A stretch of DNA of 63,878 bases, filler included, from Octopus bimaculoides (lineage: Eukaryota): assembly GCF_001194135.2 (NCBI RefSeq). It is 8 parts of 8 records of this genome, joined end to end, with 100 filler letters (N's around TTAATTAATTAA, not from the genome) between each part and the next. Parts side by side here need not be neighbours in the genome. Positions count along the whole stretch, not along the records: positions 1 to 6,268 come from NC_068983.1; positions 6,369 to 11,481 come from NC_068984.1; positions 11,582 to 18,647 come from NC_068993.1; 5 more parts are not named here. One strand, given 5' to 3'. This document shows, piece after piece, positions 1 to 12,710 of this stretch. A program made the translations under genes and the position numbers. Within the stretch, counting starts at the first letter, position 1. Each line of letters begins with the position of its first letter. The notes beneath the pieces were generated by a model. That model had not been told where the DNA came from. It made no database searches and saw only the letters and a list, made by a program, of their open reading frames with translations.

Positions 1-723
1 GTTAAAAACCTGAAAGAGAGGATAGAAGTTATATGACTGTCAGGAGAAGGTTTTGCATGGTAGATCTCTAACGATAGTTGCAACAAACAGTTGTAGTGAG
101 GCATGGATATGGTTTCAGAAAGGAAGGCTTAAAGAGAGACATTAAGTTTGTTAGTAACAATACAAGATCAAGTATTGAGGATTAATTGGATATATGCCAA
201 GGCCAAGGAAGACAAAAAGCAAGTAGATTCCTAGTATAAATTATGCAAATCATATGAGGAAAAGGTTACTCATAAAATAAGTGAATGTAACATGCTGGCC
301 CAGAAAGACAGTAATCCCCTGGGAGCTAGATAGAAAGCTATGATTGGAACATATTGATACATGATCATGAACCTAATAAAGTACTAGAAGTAAAAAATAT
401 AGATGTTGTGGGACTTAAATGTTCAGACCGACATACTAAGAGAAGTTAGAAGGTCTGATTTAGAAAGTAGTAGATAAAGAGAATAAAAAGTGCCAGATAA
501 TTGACTTTATAGTCCCAAATGATGAGAAAATCAATATGAGAGGTATAGAGAAAATAGAAAAGTAACCAATGAATTACAGAGAGTATGGAAAGTGCAAGTA
601 AAAAATATATTCCAGTAGTTATAGGTGCATTGAGAACTATCCCTAAAAATTGAACATCTTCATAGGAATCCCTGTAAAACATGTTGAAGCATCATTGAAT
701 AAAATATAGAAGAGTACAGGCGC
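1..723 (+). mobile_element. Decayed 3' end of an R4/Dong-like (RLE-type) non-LTR retrotransposon
   Basis: Frameshifted segments: YKLCKSYEEKVTHKISECNMLAQK (zinc knuckle), LWDLNVQTDILREVRRSDL / VVDKENKKCQIIDFIVPNDEKINMRGIEKIEK* (PD-(D/E)xK restriction-like endonuclease), IPVVIGALRTIPK. Confidence 0.8.
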
Positions 724-828
724 TNNNNNNNNNNNNNNNNNNNNNNNNNNNNNNNNNNNNNNNNNNNNNNNNNNNNNNNNNNNNNNNNNNNNNNNNNNNN
801 NNNNNNNNNNNNNNNNNNNNNNNNATAG

Positions 829-873
<45 letters not shown>

Positions 874-882
874 TTTGCGTAC

Positions 883-960
883 ATATTATGTACGATATAT
901 TTAAATAAATATTATGGACGATATATTTAAATAAATATCATGGACGATATATTTAAATAA
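883..960. repeat. 3 x 26-bp AT-rich tandem repeat
   Basis: Unit atattatg(t/g)acgatatatttaaataa starting at 883, 909 and 935. Confidence 0.85.
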
Positions 961-1458
961 ATATATCAAGCAATTAATTTAAAGATATTTAAATTTAATT
1001 TAAAGATAATAAATGTAATTTAAATAATAGTAGTACGAATTAATTGAATTTATTAACTTAAAAGAACAGACTAAGCTATCGATTGAAATTATATTGTTGT
1101 CTATATCTAAACACGGGGTTAAAATTGTATATGAGATCAGATAGATGGCAGTTACTAAAGTTGTTCAATAGGATTCTTGTTTTAAATATATCAAGATGTA
1201 CATATGCATGTGGTTTTGACAGCAAATTAAGGAGAATCAAGGATGTTGTTTTAATTAGATATAGAGGAAGGGAGTAACGAGTAGACAATAATACGAATGA
1301 AAGGATCTGAATACTAACAAACTTACGCTTGTAAACTTCAGTTTGCAATTTGAGTTAGCGAGTGAAATAAATAAATGAGTTAGAAAAAGAAATTAATAAA
1401 ATGATCACAAAGAAGAAGACTGAAGGTGCTAACTTTAAATATTAAAACATTTAATTAT

Positions 1459-1573
1459 TATCCACTGATGAGTTCCAACTGACTTAATATTATGTGTATT
1501 ACTTTTGTTGAAATACAATCTTCAACTGTATATCTAAATATGGTCCTTTGTGACAGAAACAGCTGTCTGCTTA
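1459..1573 (+). ncRNA. Degenerate type I hammerhead-like motif (PLE pseudo-LTR type)
   Basis: CTGATGA 1465-71 ... GAAAC 1556-60, AGCT, GTC 1565-67; palindromic ACAGCTGT; stems I and II poorly paired. Confidence 0.4.
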
Positions 1574-2243
1574 AATTAAATAAATAATCCATATTACCAT
1601 CAAAACCCGTTCAATTTATTTGATGACATTTATTCGACTCCGTCTAATAAACTGATTCTTCCAATGATTTATATATATATATATATTCATAAGGAAATAA
1701 AAGAAATCCCTTAAATAATGTATGATTTTAAAAATTGGGAAGCTGGGGAATAATGCCCTAAACGGAAGAAGCATTTTCATCCGGAAATACATATATATAT
1801 ATATATAAAGAAGTTTGAAAACGCGACTATATAAAATAAATTTTAATTTATAATTTTCTCAGAGATATTTTACATGTTTCGATTCTTGAAAAAACGAACC
1901 TTATTAAAAATACATATTTTTTTAAAAGATGTAATTAAAAGAAAAGTTCATAATTGTTTCTTACTGGTGTCAACATAGTCCACGTGGGGGCGTTTTTTGT
2001 GTGGGGACATAATGGCTGTCTAGTGCGTTGACTTGAATCGTTGGCTGTAGTCGTAGTAGTGACCGTGTGAGCAGTAGAAACAGTCGCTGCTACTGCTGCT
2101 ATTACGGTCACTACTACCGCTGCTGCTGCCACTGCTGCTGCTACTGCTGCTGCTGCTGCTGCTTCCTCCTCTACTACTACCAATTAACTATGGCTGCTTC
2201 CACGGACAGAGGTCACTCCCGTTTACCCTTACCAACACAGTCA

Positions 2244-3295
2244 CTACTGCTGAAGAGTCAGTACGTACAGAAGTGACGAGAGGGAGCATCCTTGACGAAC
2301 CGAACGCGTGATGTTAAATGATCTGGACAGATGACCATTTACGCGAATTACCGAACGGATGCCTCTGTATAAGGCAGCGATCCAACCGCGGAAGATGGGT
2401 CCGAAACCAGCCACTCTAAGGACAGCCTCCAAGTAGTGATGGTCTACCCTATCGAAAGCTTTTGATTGATCTAAATTGACCAGCGCCCCACCCATGCCAG
2501 GTTCCTTAGCTATCCTGTCTGTGATGTAGCGCATCAGATGGAGGTTGTCATGGATACTCCTACCCAGCACGGCGGACGTTTGCGCCTTGTCGACCTGTTT
2601 CTCGATGACAAACACCAACCTCTCGGCTAACACATTAGCCAAAATCTTCAAGTCTGCGTTGAGCAGAGTGATGGGCCTGAAGTTATCTATGATGTTCCCT
2701 TTGTTTGGATCTTTCTTTAGCAGTCCCACCGTTCTTCGCTTTACAGAGACAGAGATAATCTAGTTTTGCAGCCAGTTGCAGTACACAGCTGCCAAGACGC
2801 CTCCAAACAAGTCTGGCATATGACAATAAAGTTCGTAGGGCAGACCATCCAAGCCTGGAGATTTGTCTCCCGCACAGTCTGCCATTGCATCCCGTACGTC
2901 CGCGGCTGTGATGGGTTTTTACAACACTCCGCCTCTCTTGCCGAGAGTCGTGGCAGGTTGTGCAGGTAAGCCCTAAAGTCCACTCTGCGTTCTGACCCAC
3001 CAGTTGTCCCGAACAGTCGGGCAAAGTGTTGTTGAAAGGCATCACACATCCTTTCAGGCTCGAGTAATTCGTGCCCCTGCTCATCTGTCAGGAACCTAAT
3101 AATGGCATTGTTGCCTCGTTGCGCCTCCGCCACTCGGACTTCTCGGGCGGCTTGAACTCCTTAGTTCCTCAGAACACGCATCCTGGCTCTGACAACGCAT
3201 CCTTCGTGTTTTGGCGTTGCAGTGTTGGTCGAGGGCCAACCTCGCTTCCAGTACGTTGGACGCGATGACAGTTCTAAGTGCCTCTTCTAATGAGA
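2244..3295 (-). mobile_element. Tx1/L1-clade LINE ORF2 fragment (linker plus N-terminal half of RT), frameshifted and truncated at both ends
   Basis: KSPGLDGLPYEFY, NFRPITLLNADLKILA, LDQSKAFDRVDH and VRQGCSLSSLLYVL motifs (ORFs 2244-2729 and 2741-3133); ends before the YADD motif. Confidence 0.92.
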
Positions 3296-3303
3296 TTGTT
3301 AAT

Positions 3304-3372
<69 letters not shown>
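3304..3372. repeat. (TAGA)n microsatellite
   Basis: Perfect tetranucleotide run abutting the Tx1 fragment. Confidence 0.95.
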
Positions 3373-6221
3373 GGATGGCGTGCCCTTAGTTAACTATAGA
3401 GTGAAATAAATGTAAGACAATTTTCAAAACAGAAAATCATGGAAGATACACTGAATGAATCTTAAATAAATTCAACAGATTAACCTTCAGTTATCTAACA
3501 ACTAATTTACTTTGCTTCATTGTATCTTAATTTAAAAACCAAAAAGAAGTTTGTCTGTTTCAGTTATTGTTGTTGTGAGAATATTCTTTTCTGTTGGAAG
3601 CCGCAGTTGAGTTATCAGTATATCAGTCTATCTATGGAAAATTAATGGCTGGTAGTGCACTAATTATGCTGACCTTTGTTCATAACAAGAATTGTTATCC
3701 GTCAGTTGCACCATCAACTCATGATGTAACAGCAGCTAAATGATCTTTATGAGTAGTGTAAGCAATTAAATGTTACCTTATCAGCTTGCAGTATTACACT
3801 TAAAGTCTCTCAGGTAAAAGTCTGAAATAGATTGACATTCATAACTGGGTATAAAATTCCTCTCAAACTGTATAACGCCATGAAAGTCAGAATGTGCTGC
3901 ACAGTATCACGTCATCTATAAATGTTAAATGCAGATTAAAAGTCAAAGAAATTCTAGTCAACGCTTTTAATTTGTTTCCTAATTAAACCGTCTACTACTG
4001 ACTATACACATAAGTTGGCAATGTGTGCAGGGTTTCTGAGGGAAGTCTTCTTAGACTATATTTTAGAAGATATATGGTATACTTTAAACAGCAATAACAA
4101 ACTGACAATCTTTTCAATAGTAAAGGAATATTTCTGCAGAAATGTTTTGTCTTTTTATCACATTAGACATCGTAGCATCTTTAAAATAGAAATCAACAGA
4201 AATTATGTAAGCAATTCACTTATGCCTAAATGACATTTTGTAGGAAAATATTTTTAAAAAGAATTTTCAAGCAGGTCATTAGAAATCTATAGTCCATCAG
4301 GTTTTAGCTTCGTTTTACATTTGTACAGCTATCCAATTTCTATCAGAGGTCGTTAATTTTAGAGCATTATTTTGAAAAGACATCTTGGCTAACCATATCT
4401 TCGTTAAGTTTGCAATTCATAATAGATTTTGAACATTAATAAGAATGAAATTAATAGAGATATGAGGAAAGATAAACTATAAATACGACAAATTCACTTA
4501 TGAAACATTTTGCAGTTTCTATCATTATTAGATGGACACTGCCGTTGACATTTACGGTTTTCTCATTTTAATGGAAAGGATTTCGCTTTTATATTTGCTT
4601 ATAATCGTGTTTGAATGTTAATTTTGTGACGACTATATTATATTTTTGTATAGACTTGTAATAACATGTGATAAATACATAATAATATTCCAAAATATTG
4701 CAATAATATCNNNNNNNNNNNNNNNNNNNNNNNNNNNNNNNNNNNNNNNNNNNNNNNNNNNNNNNNNNNNNNNNNNNNNNNNNNNNNNNNNNNNNNNNNN
4801 NNNNNNNNNNNNNNNNNNNNNNNNNNNNNNNNNNNNNNNNNNNNNNNNNNNNNNNNNNNNNNNNNNNNNNNNNNNNNNNNNNNNNNNNNNNNNNNNNNNN
4901 NNNNNNNNNNNNNNNNNNNNNNNNNNNNNNNNNNNNNNNNNNNNNNNNNNNNNNNNNNNNNNNNNNNNNNNNNNNNNNNNNNNNNNNNNNNNNNNNNNNN
5001 NNNNNNNNNNNNNNNNNNNNNNNNNNNNNNNNNNNNNNNNNNNNNNNNNNNNNNNNNNNNNNNNNNNNNNNNNNNNNNNNNNNNNNNNNNNNNNNNNNNN
5101 NNNNNNNNNNNNNNNNNNNNNNNNNNNNNNNNNNNNNNNNNNNNNNNNNNNNNNNNNNNNNNNNNNNNNNNNNNNNNNNNNNNNNNNNNNNNNNNNNNNN
5201 NNNNNNNNNNNNNNNNNNNNNNNNNNNNNNNNNNNNNNNNNNNNNNNNNNNNNNNNNNNNNNNNNNNNNNNNNNNNNNNNNNNNNNNNNNNNNNNNNNNN
5301 NNNNNNNNNNNNNNNNNNNNNNNNNNNNNNNNNNNNNNNNNNNNNNNNNNNNNNNNNNNNNNNNNNNNNNNNNNNNNNNNNNNNNNNNNNNNNNACAAAA
5401 GCAATTAGATTTTGAAGTTGTAAACGTTCTTTTACTATGTTATTTCTTTTTAACTAGGGGTTTCATTTTTACTTATAATTCATTTATTTGCAAGCTGCAT
5501 GATACTCTACGTAATTCTTAACATTTTAATTCATTAAAGTTTTTACGCATCACTCCTAATGATCAAAGATTTATTGTTTCAAATATTTTTTATAATACAT
5601 TTTTAATTATGAATGATTTTCAATAAAGCTTAATAACTGTGAAATTATTTTGTTTTTTCTTTATTCATATTAGGAGCATTTGTTCCTTAACACTAAAAAG
5701 TAAAATACATCCCATACAATGGTATATAGAATAATGTTTGGAATTAAATACATAAAAGACTATACTTCTTATGTTTACAGGATGAAGGTGAGATATCAAG
5801 TAACCCAGTGGAAGCACTAAAAGAGTTTATCTTCATTTAGTGTATGTAGGGTTCTTTAAAATGTCCAATGTAAACTACAGAGAAAAAAGAGATATGGAAT
5901 GAGGAAGAAGAAGAAGAGAGAGAGAGTGAAGAAAGTAAACGTGTGAGAAACGAAATATAAAAGGAATCAAATGTTTAGAAAAATAAGACAGTTTAGAAAG
6001 TGGTAGATAATGCATAGGAAAAGTGAATGGGAACTTTCGCGACAAAGAATGAAATCGTGAAAACTGATAACAGGAAACTGAGCCTTACTGGGAAAATGCC
6101 AAAATTTGTGACGTTACTGGTGATTTTTGATGATACAGGAGGCCTGCACGGTCACGCAAGCATGACAACAGGAACATAAAGAAAAACTGAAAGCTTAGAA
6201 ATATTGTGTGTGTATGGGTAT

Positions 6222-6268
<47 letters not shown>

Positions 6269-7185
6269 NNNNNNNNNNNNNNNNNNNNNNNNNNNNNNNN
6301 NNNNNNNNNNNNTTAATTAATTAANNNNNNNNNNNNNNNNNNNNNNNNNNNNNNNNNNNNNNNNNNNNTATATATATGTATATACGTATATATATCATAT
6401 ATATGAATATTATATATATACATATATGCACGTATATATAAATATACACCCATGTGTGTGTGTGTGTGTCCGTGTGTCCGTGTGCGTATGACTATATATC
6501 TGTACATACCCGAACTTGCTCGAGGCTTCTCCATTAGACCTGCTCCTTTCACATCTAACATTAAGGCAGCTAATTAAATTTCCCAGGGTTCAGCAAAACT
6601 TTCTATTTATGTACGTTCTCATTAATATTTATTTCTATCGCTACAACTACAGGGAGACCGGTCATTAAACAGTATGACAAGACATTTTTACTTAAACTTC
6701 ATACATTAATAAACTGATTAACTCAAAACGATGAACTCTTCAAAGGTCTGGTCGAATTTCTTCCTAATTCTGCTAATGGTTTCGGCTCCATTGACTTTAC
6801 TTTTAAAAGAAGCCATTTATTCTGTGAAGATAATTAACGCGTCAAGGTTACTAACTTAGCAATCGGTAACGAAGAAAAAAAAATGACAGGTTCGATGCAA
6901 TGGACAGCCATAAGTGATAAAGTAAATTATATTCTGAAGCATATAAATGTGTGTGTGTGTTTATGCATGTGTGTGTGAGAGATCCAAATAAGAGGAGGAG
7001 CATGGCGCATATTTTACAACTGGGTGCAAATGTTTCGGTACCACTCCATTTTTAACGCTGTTGCGTGTAAACGAATGTCGTATTAGGAGTTGCGTAATAT
7101 TTGTAGTTGATTACAGGAGGTAAATCAGGCGGTCGGGTAGTGTACCGCATTGGAAATATTCCCCCTCTCTACCCTTTCAGGGCCC

Positions 7186-7216
<31 letters not shown>

Positions 7217-7233
7217 CATGCATACATACATGC

Positions 7234-7571
7234 TGAGACCCCTTTCGGTTATGACTGACCATGGGATTGCACCTAGAAAGTTACCTTCCCAGGTACACAT
7301 CTGGGCAAGGTTGTTTGTGGAAGGCCAGTAGTCGCCCATGCATTCCAGCCTTCCCCTCGCCACCCCACTGATGTTATCCAAGGGAAAGACAAAGGGGCCG
7401 ATACAGCTTGGCACCTGTGACGTCGCAACTTATTTCTACAGCTGAGTTAACTGGAGCAACGTGAAATAAAGTGTCTTGCTCAAGAACACAACACGCAGCC
7501 CGGTCCGGGATTCGAACTCACAAACTCACGATCGTAAGCTCGACTCTCTAACCACTGAGCCATGCGCCTTC
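7234..7571 (-). mobile_element. tRNA-derived SINE, family C (V/Meta-like ttgagcaagacactttatttcac core), near full length
   Basis: On the minus strand: A box TGGCTCAGTGG, B box GTTCGAATCC, then gtgttcttgagcaagacactttatttcacgttgctccag; flanked on both sides by (TACA)n. Confidence 0.85.
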
Positions 7572-7819
7572 ATACATACATATATAGATACATACAAACA
7601 TACATACATGCATACATGCATGCATGCATACATACATACATACATGCATACATGCATACATACATACATACATACAAACGAGCATGACTGTATGGATGTA
7701 GAGGTAAGGGTGTTGCACTCGCGATTGCGAGTTCGTGGTTTCGATTCAATACAAATTTTTATTTTNNNNNNNNNNCAATACAAATTTTTATTTTTTATTT
7801 TTCATTTTATATTTGCATT

Positions 7820-7948
7820 GAATCTCTGAAGAGGCCTACCGAATCATGCATGTACCCCCATTACATCATTTTCATCTGCTAATTACTCCGGCACACAGGA
7901 GCTATAGAGATAGAATGTCAATGCTAGGCCGAAACAGCTGTAAGTTTC
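7820..7948 (+). ncRNA. Type I hammerhead ribozyme candidate with large stem II loop (PLE-type)
   Basis: Stem I gaatct(7820-25)/agtttc(7943-48), 5 of 6 pairs; core CTGAAGA 7826-32; stem II GGCCTA(7833-38)/TAGGCC(7925-30); GAAAC 7931-35; palindromic ACAGCTGT; cleavage triplet GTA 7940-42. Confidence 0.72.
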
Positions 7949-8607
7949 TGTATATACTCCAATTGCTAAATGCACTTTATATTTGTAACCTTAATTGTTA
8001 ATATGACATGGTATGTCATAAGCATCTGTATGTTGTGGTTTTTGTCATTTTAGTTGCAAATTAAACAAATTAATTCAATTGAATACACTGTCTGCAAGTC
8101 GATGGATACCGCACATTCTCCTCTATTTTCTTATNNNNNNNNNNNNNNNNNNNNNNNNNNNNNNNNNNNNNNNNNNNNNNNNNNNNNNNNNNNNNNNNNN
8201 NNNNNNNNNNNNNNNNNNNNNNNNNNNNNNNNNNNNNNNNNNNNNNNNNNNNNNNNNNNNNNNNNNNNNNNNNNNNNNNNNNNNNNNNNNNNNNNNNNNN
8301 NNNNNNNNNNNNNNNNNNNNNNNNNNNNNNNNNNNNNNNNNNNNNNNNNNNNNNNNNNNNNNNNNNNNNNNNNNNNNNNNNNNNNNNNNNNNNNNNNNNN
8401 NNNNNNNNNNNNNNNNNNNNNNNNNNNNNNNNNNNNNNNNNNNNNNNNNNNNNNNNNNNNNNNNNNNNNNNNNNNNNNNNNNNNNNNNNNNNNNNNNNNN
8501 NNNNNNNNNNNNNNNNNNNNNNNNNNNNNNNNNNNNNNNNNNNNNNNNNNNNNNNNNNNNNNNNNNNNNNNNNNNNNNNNCACACACACACACATACACA
8601 CACACAT

Positions 8608-8643
<36 letters not shown>

Positions 8644-8757
8644 GTTCGATTCAGCTCCATGAAGCTTAAAGTTTCGCAGGTTTCTGTAATAAAGCATGGA
8701 AAACTTCAAGTGGCATGGAACTGGATCAAACTGTTTTACATCATTTAATATTAGTTT

Positions 8758-8898
8758 CAAATTATTCCGCCGAGGTCGACTTTGTTTTTCATCCTTTCGG
8801 GGTCGATAAATTAAGTACCAGTTGCGTACTGAGGTCGATGTAATCGACGGGCCCCTACCCCAAAATTTCGGGCCTTGTGCCTAGAGTAGAAAAGGATA
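8758..8898 (+). mobile_element. SINE family B (Deu/Nin-like core), 5'-truncated
   Basis: gccgaggtcgactttgtttttcatcctttcggggtcgataaattaagtaccag core, shared with 29751-29975. Confidence 0.8.
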
Positions 8899-9128
8899 TG
8901 CGTTGAGTGCCTTTTTCCTTCATTTCTCAACTCATTCATATATATACATACATATACACATACATACATACATATATACATACATGCATTCATACATATT
9001 TACACACAGACACACAGAGAAAGAAAGGGAGAGACGTAGTAAATAAAAATGGTAGAGTGAATATACATGTATGGATATTTGTGTGTGCATACGTTTGTGT
9101 TGTGTGCATGCGTGTATATGTGTGTGTA

Positions 9129-9181
<53 letters not shown>

Positions 9182-10510
9182 GTGAATGAGTGAAAGGGAG
9201 ACAGAGAGACAGAGGCGGGGCTTCGTAATGGAAGGCGAGACGTGGTATTAGCTAAGCGAGACTTGGTCATTATAAAGAGAGTTAAGAGAAACAATTAATA
9301 TGTGAGAGAAGCCCTGTCAAATATGGTGTTGATTGGGTGAAAGGGTTGGAACGATTGTTAAGGGAGTTTTATAAGGGGTTAAGTCTAACAGGAATAGCTG
9401 GAGGGTGCGTGGTGGCGCGGGGAGTAGGTGATGAATGATGGTCAGCTGTATGTATTGAAATATTTATTATAAGACACAGCAGTTTGGTATTAGTAGTTGA
9501 CGGTCCGTATTAATATGGCAGGTTAATAAAAAAAAAACAAAGTATTTTATGCTGGAGAGAACGGCTTATGATGATGACAATGATGATGACGATGATGATG
9601 ATGACGACGATGATGATGAGGATGATGATGATGATGCAAGAGCCAGATTTGTAATTTGTATTATTATATTACTCGTATGTACACGTTCAATAAATACAAA
9701 TAAATGTAAAAATTATACACAGAAGCATATTATATATATATAAATATATATATATACATCCATATGTTTGTGTGTGTGTGTGTGTGTGTNNNNNNNNNNN
9801 NNNNNNNNNNNNNNNNNNNNNNNNNNNNNNNNNNNNNNNNNNNNNNNNNNNNNNNNNNNNNNNNNNNNNNNNNNNNNNNNNNNNNNNNNNNNNNNNNNNN
9901 NNNNNNNNNNNNNNNNNNNNNNNNNNNNNNNNNNNNNNNNNNNNNNNNNNNNNNNNNNNNNNNNNNNNNNNNNNNNNNNNNNNNNNNNNNNNNNNNNNNN
10001 NNNNNNNNNNNNNNNNNNNNNNNNNNNNNNNNNNNNNNNNNNNNNNNNNNNNNNNNNNNNNNNNNNNNNNNNNNNNNNNNNNNNNNNNNNNNNNNNNNNN
10101 NNNNNNNNNNNNNNNNNNNNNNNNNNNNNNNNNNNNNNNNNNNNNNNNNNNNNNNNNNNNNNNNNNNNNNNNNNNNNNNNNNNNNNNNNNNNNNNNNNNN
10201 NNNNNNNNNNNNNNNNNNNNNNNNNNNNNNNNNNNNNNNNNNNNNNNNNNNNNNNNNNNNNNNNNNNNNNNNNNNNNNNNNNNNNNNNNNNNNNNNNNNN
10301 NNNNNNNNNNNNNNNNNNNNNNNNNNNNNNNNNNNNNNNNNNNNNNNNNNNNNNNNNNNNNNNNNNNNNNNNNNNNNNNNNNNNNNNNNNNNNNNNNNNN
10401 NNNNNNNNNNNNNNNNNNNNNNNNNNNNNNNNNNNNNNNNNNNNNNNNNNNNNNNNNNNNNNNNNNNNNNNNNNNNNNNNNNNNNNNNNNNNNNNNNNNN
10501 NNNNNNNNNN

Positions 10511-10571
<61 letters not shown>

Positions 10572-10924
10572 TTACATTCATAGATCTGCACGTCTATTTA
10601 CCCCAATGACATTTTCATAGTGGTTCGGCCCTGGTTTTATGAAGTCTGCTATGTATGGTTATTAAACGGGTCGTTAAATGTCTTTTATCGATATATATAT
10701 ATGAATCAATCTATCTTGTACTGTTTGTGTCCATTAAACTGCCGCACACCACAAAATTGTCTCTCTTTTCCATGCAAGATTTATTACCGTTACTAAGTCA
10801 TTCTTAATTATTTTCGACTCGTGGTAGTCTTGCACAAAATCCGTAACAGCTTCCACCGTTTATCCGCCTCCAATTAACAACCATTGATAAACCTAATCTC
10901 GTTGCATTCTTATATCTTCAACAC

Positions 10925-11270
10925 TTTTATCATTCATTTTGTACTTGTTGCAGTTGCTGGACTGCGGCCATGCTGGGGCAGAGCCTTGAAATATATTTAT
11001 GTCGAACGCATCGACACCAGTAAATATTTTTATTTTAAAAACCTTGCTACTTATTCTATCGTTTTCTTTGCCGAACCGCTAGGTTATGGGGATGTAAACA
11101 CACCAGCACCGGTTGTCAAACAGTGATGGAAGGACAAACACAGACACGAAGACACACGCGCACGCACACATAGGCACACGCACACACACATGTATATATG
11201 TATACACAACGGGCTTCTTTCAGTTTCCGTCTACCAAAACCACTCACAAAGCTTTGGTTGGCCTGAGGCT
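10925..11270 (-). mobile_element. tRNA-derived SINE family A, lacking its head
   Basis: Diagnostic gggcttctttcagtttccgtctaccaaa, accggttgtcaa and gcggccatgctggggca blocks. Confidence 0.85.
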
Positions 11271-11381
11271 AAAATAATAATAATATAACTAGAATCACAC
11301 TTCATGATACGACATCTTTAAACGCTAAATTGAAATACTTCGCGTCTGTCAATGTTAATCCTTCTAAGCCTCTGGTATCTT

Positions 11382-11440
<59 letters not shown>

Positions 11441-11631
11441 ACATACATACATACATACATACATACATACATACATACATANNNNNNNNNNNNNNNNNNN
11501 NNNNNNNNNNNNNNNNNNNNNNNNNTTAATTAATTAANNNNNNNNNNNNNNNNNNNNNNNNNNNNNNNNNNNNNNNNNNNNGATTACATCGGTGGTGGGG
11601 AAGGGGAGGGGGTCAGTGTTTAACTGCTGCT

Positions 11632-11736
11632 TATTTTATTGGCCACTTATTCTATCGGTCTCTTTTGCTGGACCGCTAAGTTATGGGGACGTAAACACAC
11701 CCACATCAGTTGTCAAGTGATGGGGGGGGACAAACA

Positions 11737-11770
<34 letters not shown>

Positions 11771-11930
11771 TATACGATGGGCTTCTTTCAGTTTCCGTGT
11801 ACCAAATTCACTCACAAGGCTTTGGTCAGCCTGAGCCTATAGTAGAAGACACTTGCCCAAGGTGCCACGCAGTGGGACTGAACCCAGGACCATGTGGTTG
11901 GTAAGCAAGCTACTTACCACACAGCCATGC
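11632..11930 (-). mobile_element. tRNA-derived SINE family A
   Basis: Reverse complement of ggctgtgtggtaagtagcttgcttaccaaccacatggtcctgggttcagtcccactgcgtggcaccttgggcaagtgtcttctactatag. Confidence 0.88.
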
Positions 11931-12179
11931 TTAACCATTTTATTGCACATAAATATTAGCAGCAAAATTTTATGATCCCAATGGTCATTTTTGGGTCCCA
12001 ATTGAGAACCATTGGTTTAATTTATATGAGCTGACCAATAGAACACTAAACACTTAGAAGCTATCTTGAATTTCTCTCAAAACACCCATTCTGCATCTAG
12101 CATCTGATGAGATGGTCATGTTCTACACACCCATGAAAGTTTAAATCTTGTGGAGCTGAGCCAAATTGTTATTAAAAAA

Positions 12180-12182
<3 letters not shown>

Positions 12183-12210
<28 letters not shown>

Positions 12211-12291
12211 CTATCTATCTGTCTATCTGTCTATCTATCTATCTATCTATATATATATATATATCTATCTATCTGTCTATCTATCTATCTG

Positions 12292-12342
<51 letters not shown>
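12183..12342. repeat. (TATC)n compound microsatellite
   Basis: Imperfect TATC/TGTC/TA run. Confidence 0.95.
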
Positions 12343-12343
<1 letters not shown>

Positions 12344-12570
12344 ATCTACTTCGCTTTCTGTGATGAAAGAAAAATAAATGAAGTCAATCGCAAAGGGGGA
12401 GATGTTGTAGCAAAAGTCATTGGCACCCCTGGGGAATTGGAAGAATGGACTAGTCGAACTCTTATGAAGAGTAGACGTTCATAATATTCGAAGAGAGCAT
12501 TTTGGTAGTCTCGCGAAGTAACATTGTGTGAATGCATTGATTAAACCTCCGCCACATAATTTATCAATAC

Positions 12571-12710
12571 TGGCATTAGGAAGGGCATCCAGCTGTAGAA
12601 ACTCTGCCAAATCAGATTGGAGCCTGGTGTTGCCATCCGGTTTCACCAGTCCTCAGTCAAATCGTCCAACCCATGCTAGCATGGAAAGCGGACGTTAAAC
12701 GATGATGATG
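12571..12710 (+). mobile_element. 5'-truncated SINE family D (RTE-type 3' end, (GAT)n tail) with 15-bp TSD
   Basis: aggaagggcatccagctgtagaaactctgcc...ggaaagcggacgttaaacgatgatgatg; ATAATTTATCAATAC repeated at 12556-12570 and 12711-12725. Confidence 0.9.

Noticed and set aside
7495-7568. tRNA gene-like sequence (also 36580-36650 and 32729-32790)
   Set aside because: A and B boxes are present but the anticodon and acceptor stems do not pair, and the sequence continues into repeat bodies; SINE-type heads.
12098-12150. CTGATGA-G-ATGG..CCAT-GAAA hammerhead-like string
   Set aside because: No stem I or stem III pairing and no proper NUH context.
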